From contig JBGAOA010000001.1 of assembly GCA_044222065.1 (NCBI GenBank), forward strand, positions 61,713-125,712: a stretch of 64,000 bases of DNA. Direction: 5' to 3'. Below the pieces are notes generated by a model, which ran no database searches, had not been told where the DNA came from, and saw only the letters and a program-made list of their open reading frames with translations. The position numbers and the translations under genes are program-made. Positions 58,920 to 64,000 of this stretch are shown one piece after another (the first letter of the stretch is position 1; each line of letters begins with the position of its first letter). Source of the DNA: Candidatus Eiseniibacteriota bacterium. GTDB lineage: Bacteria > Eisenbacteria > RBG-16-71-46.

Positions 58920-60040
58920 TCGGCGCGTCCGCTCCGCGCCGCCACCATCGCCGCGTTGCGCTCGGCGATCGCGCGCGCCGATCCGCCCGGGATGTGAAGG
59001 ACCGAGACCGGCAGGCCGCCGGGCGCCGGGAGCGTCACGCGCTGCGGTCCGGCGATGGGGCCCGGAACCACCACGAGCGCTCCGAGCGGGTAGACGAGGT
59101 AGCCGAGGTCCACCGAGAGCACGCCGAGGTCGCCGTAGCTGAACGCGATCATGCGGTTGTTCGCATCCACCGCCGACAGCCGCACGAAGTACGACTGGCC
59201 GAAGCGCGGCGCTCGCCGGGCGTAGACGGTCGCGCCGGGCTGGAACAGCGTGTGCTGGTTCGTTCCCGCCGGGATGTAGGCGAGGTAGAAGTCACGCGAC
59301 TTCCCGACGAAGAGCGGAGCCGGCACCGTGCTGAGGAACTGCTCCTCGAACGTGCGCAGGTCGCTGCGGTACTGGAAGACCTGCAGCCAGTACCCGGCCG
59401 CGCCCGCGACCGGCGTCCAGCGGACCGTGAACGCGGTGTCGATCAGGATGCCGGTCGGGACGATCTCGCAGTCGAGGTTCGCGATCAGCGAGTCGCCGAT
59501 GGAGGCGAGATTCGTGACCGGCGCGTTCGCCGACGTCCGACCGTCGGCCGTCGTGCCGCGCGCCTGGTAGATCGCGGGCGTGGGACGCGAGGGATCCGGA
59601 TCGTCGAACGCGTAGAGCGCGGTGCCGGTATCGAGCAGTCGCGTCGAGGGCGGCACCGGGAAGTCCTTCAGCTCGCGGAGTCCGCCGCCGTCTTCGCTGC
59701 GGAACACCTGGAACGACTCGGCGATCGACTGGTCCACGATCACGCCGTGATACGTGCCCTGAACTCCGGCCCGGCCCAGGTCGGTGCTCGCGAGCTGATC
59801 CTCGGGACCCGGCCCGGGGGGCGCGAAGTCGAGGAAGCGGAGCGCGAACGTCTCGAGGTCCGGGTACACGATCAGCTTCGCGGTGCCGTTCGGGTCGCCC
59901 TCGAGCGACGTCTGCGACGGATCCACGGCGGTGGTCTTCTTCGCGCAGCCGGCGAGGCCGGCCGCGAGCGCGATCAGGGCGAACGCGGTGATCGCACGGA
60001 AACGGGCGGAAGCGTGACGCATGCGGAATCCTTCCCTCAT
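58916..60040 (-). CDS. Hypothetical lipoprotein with FN3-like region
   Basis: Lipobox LAGC; WTPVAGAAGYWLQV...YFVRLSAVD; ATGA overlaps at both ends. Confidence 0.8.
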   Translation of the reverse strand: MREGFRMRHASARFRAITAFALIALAAGLAGCAKKTTAVDPSQTSLEGDPNGTAKLIVYPDLETFALRFLDFAPPGPGPEDQLASTDLGRAGVQGTYHGVIVDQSIAESFQVFRSEDGGGLRELKDFPVPPSTRLLDTGTALYAFDDPDPSRPTPAIYQARGTTADGRTSANAPVTNLASIGDSLIANLDCEIVPTGILIDTAFTVRWTPVAGAAGYWLQVFQYRSDLRTFEEQFLSTVPAPLFVGKSRDFYLAYIPAGTNQHTLFQPGATVYARRAPRFGQSYFVRLSAVDANNRMIAFSYGDLGVLSVDLGYLVYPLGALVVVPGPIAGPQRVTLPAPGGLPVSVLHIPGGSARAIAERNAAMVAARSGRAE

Positions 60041-60954
60041 TCGGCCTGCACGCCCTTGCGGCGGTCGAGCCAGATCCAGATGTCGAGCGCGAGCGCGCTG
60101 GCGACGTACACGGACGAGTACGTGCCGAAGCCCACGCCGACGAGCATGGCGAACGAGAAGTCGCGCAGCACCTCACCGCCCCAGATGAACAGCGCGAGCG
60201 AGGTGAGGAACACGGTGAACGACGTGATGATCGTTCGCGACAACGTCTCGTTCACGGAAATGTCCATGGCGCGCGAGTGGGTCTCCTTCTTGAGCGCCTT
60301 GGACCGCTCCCGGATGCGGTCGAAGACCACGATGGTGTCGTTGATCGAGTAGCCCGCGATCGTCAGCAGCGCCGCGACCACGGTGAGCGAAACCTCCCGG
60401 CCGGTGAAGCACAGCAGGCCGAGCGTGATGAACACGTCGTGGAACAGCGCGAGCACGGCGCCGAGGGCGTACTTGAACTCGTAGCGCCAGCCCACGTACA
60501 CGAGGATGCCGAGCATGCTCCACAGGATGGCCATGAAGGCCTTCCCGCGGAGTTCCTTGCCGACCTTCGGGCCGACCTGCTCGGTGCGGCGCAGCTCGAC
60601 CGTCGTGCCCGCGTGCGCGGACTCGATCGCCTGCTTCACCGGCGGGAACAGGTTCGACTGGTTCTCGACCTTCGCGCGCAGCAGGTATTCGTTCGCGGCC
60701 TCGGCCTGGATCTGCTGCAGCTCGAGTCCGCGCAGTCCCGCGCCGTCGAGCGCCTTGCGGATCTGGTCCGCCGGCAGCGGCTGCGAGAGCCGCACCTGGA
60801 GCAGCTGGCCGCCCGTGAAGTCCACGCTGTAGCGCGGGCCGCCGTGCATGAGCAGCCACGCGGCGGTCGCGACGATCAGCGTGCCCGAGAACAGATAGGC
60901 GAGCCGCCGGTACTTCATGAAGGGGATGTCGGTACCCACCAGCAACTGGAACAT
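60037..60954 (-). CDS. secF: Protein translocase subunit SecF
   Basis: VDFTGG, VGPKVG, HDV, GYSINDTIVVFDRIRE, TLSRTIITS, GTYSS. Confidence 0.97.
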   Translation of the reverse strand: MFQLLVGTDIPFMKYRRLAYLFSGTLIVATAAWLLMHGGPRYSVDFTGGQLLQVRLSQPLPADQIRKALDGAGLRGLELQQIQAEAANEYLLRAKVENQSNLFPPVKQAIESAHAGTTVELRRTEQVGPKVGKELRGKAFMAILWSMLGILVYVGWRYEFKYALGAVLALFHDVFITLGLLCFTGREVSLTVVAALLTIAGYSINDTIVVFDRIRERSKALKKETHSRAMDISVNETLSRTIITSFTVFLTSLALFIWGGEVLRDFSFAMLVGVGFGTYSSVYVASALALDIWIWLDRRKGVQAE

Positions 60955-60972
60955 GGAGGAGTGCCTCGTCGA

Positions 60973-62538
60973 TCAGATGCTGAGCCGCTCGACCTTGCCG
61001 CCGCGGCTCAACCAGAGGTCGTAGATCAGGCGCGTGAAGAGCACCGCCGTGAACAGGTTCGCGATGATGCCGATGGTGAGGGTCACCGCGAACCCCTTGA
61101 TGGGTCCGGTGCCGAACTGGAACAGCAGCGCCGAGCTGATGAGCGTGGTGACGTGCGCATCGAAGATCGTGCGGAAGGCGCGGTCGTAGCCGTTGTCCAC
61201 CGACTGGCGGACCGAACGGCCCATGCGCATCTCCTCGCGGATGCGCTCGAAGATCAGCACGTTGGCGTCCACCGCCATGCCGATCGTGAGCACGAGACCC
61301 GCCATCCCGGGCAGCGTGAGCGTCGCGCCGAAGCCGCACATGCACGCGACGATGTAGATCGTATTGAGGATCATCGCGATCACGGCGACGAGGCCCGACA
61401 GCTGGTAGTAGACGCACATGAACACGACGACGAGCGCCGTGCCGATCCAGCCCGCGCGGATGCCCTCCTGGATCGAGTCGCTGCCGAGCGACGGTCCGAC
61501 CGAGCGCTCCTCGATGATGCGCACCGGCGCCGGAAGCGCGCCCGCGCGCAGCACGATCGCGAGGTCCTTCGAGCTGTTCGCGTCGAAGCTGCCCGTGATC
61601 GAGGCGTCACCCGATGGAATGCGCTCCTGAATGGTCGGCGCCGAGTTCACCTGGCCGTCGAGCACGATCGCGAGCTGGCGCCCGACGTTCATGCCCGTGA
61701 TGCGCGCGAAGTCGGCGCGGCCCTTGGGCGTCATCTTCATGCTCACGCCCCACGCGCTGGGGTCGGTCGACTTGAGTCCGACCTGCGCGGTCGCGCTCGC
61801 GACCGAGCCGCCGGTCATCTCGGGTTCGCGCTTGGCGACGTACAGGAAGCGTCCCGTGACGCCCTGGAAGCCCTGGTCCACCGGTCCCCACAACAGCTGT
61901 GTGTCGGCCGGGATGAGCGAGTCGATGCCGGCGGTCGCGAGCAGCTTCTCGACCGGCTCGAGGTCCTCGTTGCGGATGAACGCCGCCGAGCCCTCGGCCG
62001 AGAAGAAATGGCCCGTCAGCGGGGTCTTTCGAAGCAGGCTGTCGGCCGCAGTGGCGCCGCGCGCCGCGAAGTAGGCGTCGAGCCGCGTGAACACGTTCTG
62101 CGTCTCTTCCGGCGTGCGCAGCAGCTTGAACTCGAGCAGCGCGGTCTTCCCGATCAGGTCGATCGCGCGCTGGCGGTCGGTGAGGCCCGGCAACTGGACC
62201 GTGATGCGGTCCTGGCCTTCGAGCTGCACGAGCGGCTCGGCGACGCCGAACTGGTCCACGCGGTTGTTGATGATCTCGCGGGCGCGGTCGAGCGCGTCCT
62301 TCGCCTCGGCTTCGCTGAGGCGCGACTTGTCCACCTCGAGCACGAGGTGCATGCCGCCCTGGAGGTCGAGTCCGAGGTGCAGCGCCTTCGAGCGCAGGTC
62401 GGCGAGTTCGGTGCGGGAGAGTTTTTCGCGCTGGTCCGGGGTGAGGCCGAAGTAGCGGAACGACGGATAGAGATACCAGGCGGCGAGCAGCGACACGGCC
62501 AGCACGGCCGCCAGTTTCCACTGGTTGTTGCGGGTCAT
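60973..62538 (-). CDS. secD: Protein translocase subunit SecD
   Basis: LGLDLQGG, RVDQFGVAEP, LAIVLD, LRAGALPAP, VGPSLG, GMAVDANVLIFERIREE, GPIKGFA. Confidence 0.97.
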   Translation of the reverse strand: MTRNNQWKLAAVLAVSLLAAWYLYPSFRYFGLTPDQREKLSRTELADLRSKALHLGLDLQGGMHLVLEVDKSRLSEAEAKDALDRAREIINNRVDQFGVAEPLVQLEGQDRITVQLPGLTDRQRAIDLIGKTALLEFKLLRTPEETQNVFTRLDAYFAARGATAADSLLRKTPLTGHFFSAEGSAAFIRNEDLEPVEKLLATAGIDSLIPADTQLLWGPVDQGFQGVTGRFLYVAKREPEMTGGSVASATAQVGLKSTDPSAWGVSMKMTPKGRADFARITGMNVGRQLAIVLDGQVNSAPTIQERIPSGDASITGSFDANSSKDLAIVLRAGALPAPVRIIEERSVGPSLGSDSIQEGIRAGWIGTALVVVFMCVYYQLSGLVAVIAMILNTIYIVACMCGFGATLTLPGMAGLVLTIGMAVDANVLIFERIREEMRMGRSVRQSVDNGYDRAFRTIFDAHVTTLISSALLFQFGTGPIKGFAVTLTIGIIANLFTAVLFTRLIYDLWLSRGGKVERLSI

Positions 62539-62627
62539 CGTTTCCCCCAGACACGATCAAACCGCCGAGGTATGGAGGGAGCCCCGGCGGCTCCGGCGAG
62601 TGCGTACATCAGAAGAGGAAGGGCGGG

Positions 62628-62657
62628 AGTGTAGGGGGGCGTGCGAAGGAGTGTCAA
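62628..62657 (-). promoter_or_regulatory. sigma70-type promoter for the secD operon
   Basis: Minus strand TTGACA-N18-TACACT, about 90 nt upstream of the secD ATG. Confidence 0.7.
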
Positions 62658-63119
62658 CGCGCGGTTCCGGAACGCGTTCGCGGCGCGCGTCCGCTCCGGA
62701 TTCGGCGCGACGCGGTGAGCGAGATGCGGCTCTCGAGAGGTGCGGATCACCCCGCTCGCGGGCCCGTGCGCGACTCCCGGAGCCGGGGCGCGACGATCGG
62801 AGACGCCGCGGCGCGTCGTCCGAAGGCTCCGGAGGCGGGCGGAGGGAATTCTGCAGAAGCGTCCGTCCAACCCTCCTCGGTGTTTTGTACCGCGACGAGG
62901 GGGCGCTTCACTGCCCGGGAACCCGCTCCCGCCCGGGCGGTACTCCATGGAGGCGGGGCTCCGACCGCGGAGCCATGATCCCGGCGTCGCGGGGGTCCGA
63001 GCCCCGCGAGCGTCTTCGGGTCTTGTCCGCGCTCGCGGCGCTTCCCTAATATGTCCCGGTCGAATGACCGGGGCGCGACGGCCGGCGATCGGCCGAAACT
63101 CGAGCCCGAAGCCCTCCCC

Positions 63120-64000
63120 ATGCTGCTATTCCGAATCCGCGTCGCGGCGTGCCGCCTCGCGTTGGCGCTCGCGCTCGCGTCGTTTCGCGCCACCGCGTCC
63201 GCTGCCGGGCCGCTCGCCGATCCCCTTTCGACGCCCTCGCCCGAGGGCTCGTGGGAGATCCGCCACGCCCCGGACCGGCTCGTCGTCGAGCTGTCGCCGG
63301 CGGCCGCCTCGATCGCCCGTGCCGCGCGAGCCCGAGCGGGCGTGTCCGTGTCGCGCACGGGCATCGCCGCGCTCGATCGCTTCGCCGACCTCGTGGGCGC
63401 ACGCCTCGAACCCGAGTTCCGGAACGCCGCGCCCCCCGGGCCGGCCGATCGCTTCCCGGACCTGACGCGCTTTTGGATCGCGCGCTTCGACGATCCCGAC
63501 GTGACCTCCTCGGCGCGCGCCGCGCTCGCGGCGCTGCCCGAGGTCGCGGGCGTCGAGTCTCCGGCGATCCTGCCCGTCACGCTGGTCGCGAACGACTCGC
63601 TGTGGAACAAGTCCTGGTACTTCTTCCAGACCAATCGCCGCGACATCCACGCGCCCGAAGCGTGGGACCGCTCGCTCGGCGAGGGCGAGACGATCGCGAT
63701 CCTCGACACGGGCGTGCTGCCCTACCACCCCGACCTCGGCGGCACGACGCCCGGCAGCTACGGGAAGCTGTTCCGCAACGCGGCCGAGGACGCGGGCGCT
63801 CCCGGCGTGGACGACGACGGCAACGGCTTCGTGGACGACGTGAGCGGCTGGGACTTCGTCGCGCTCACCTCGCAGGGCACGGCGCTCGCGGGCGAGGACT
63901 GGCAGTACGACGACAACGATCCGAACGACTTCGCCTTCCACGGCACCGCGGTCGCCGGCGCCGCGGCGGCGATGACGTTCAACGGCGTCGGCGTCGCGGG
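63120..64000 (+). CDS. S8 (subtilisin-like) serine peptidase, N-terminal part; runs off the window edge
   Basis: Not in the ORF track (no stop in window). Manual translation: MLLFRIRVAACRLALALALA...IHAPEAW...IAILDTGV...HPDL...DDDGNGFVDDVSGWDF...HGTAVAG, giving the catalytic Asp and His. Confidence 0.92.
   Translation, partial: MLLFRIRVAACRLALALALASFRATASAAGPLADPLSTPSPEGSWEIRHAPDRLVVELSPAAASIARAARARAGVSVSRTGIAALDRFADLVGARLEPEFRNAAPPGPADRFPDLTRFWIARFDDPDVTSSARAALAALPEVAGVESPAILPVTLVANDSLWNKSWYFFQTNRRDIHAPEAWDRSLGEGETIAILDTGVLPYHPDLGGTTPGSYGKLFRNAAEDAGAPGVDDDGNGFVDDVSGWDFVALTSQGTALAGEDWQYDDNDPNDFAFHGTAVAGAAAAMTFNGVGVA

Overview
A very GC-rich bacterial chromosomal window, largely housekeeping and cell-envelope genes. 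Four secreted proteins carry a C-terminal FlgD-Ig/T9SS-type-A-like domain, which suggests an FCB-associated lineage such as Ca. Eisenbacteria (inference). In order: hflX, Xaa-Pro peptidase, rhomboid, trxA, an nnr/TonB/HAD/SDR/NRDE block, a four-gene envelope cluster, the mrfAB (yprAB) helicase-exonuclease pair, a zinc-ribbon/cold-shock gene, DUF885, a MarR-VOC pair with a visible operator, a divergent fatty-acid locus (SGNH lipoprotein-fadL-fadD / TPR-fadI-fadJ), ftsH-hpt-tilS-tRNA(CAU), a TM0106 nuclease, cdaA, a two-gene insert before folP, DinB, OmpA, GNAT, a secDF-led DUF4159/DUF4175/TPR operon and a partial S8 peptidase. No CRISPR array, rRNA, transposase or integrase was seen. Best novelty candidates: (1) an unannotated ~135-nt structured RNA with its own ECF-type promoter and terminator downstream of ftsH; (2) a copper-radical oxidase with a second Kelch propeller inserted into its catalytic propeller; (3) the SecDF-coupled operon of unknown envelope proteins; (4) a possible attenuator leader on the cold-shock gene. 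Several genes (nnr, csp, ftsH, DUF4175) have frameshifts, duplications or deletions that look like assembly or sequencing errors. All family calls come from motif recognition by eye; no database searches were run.
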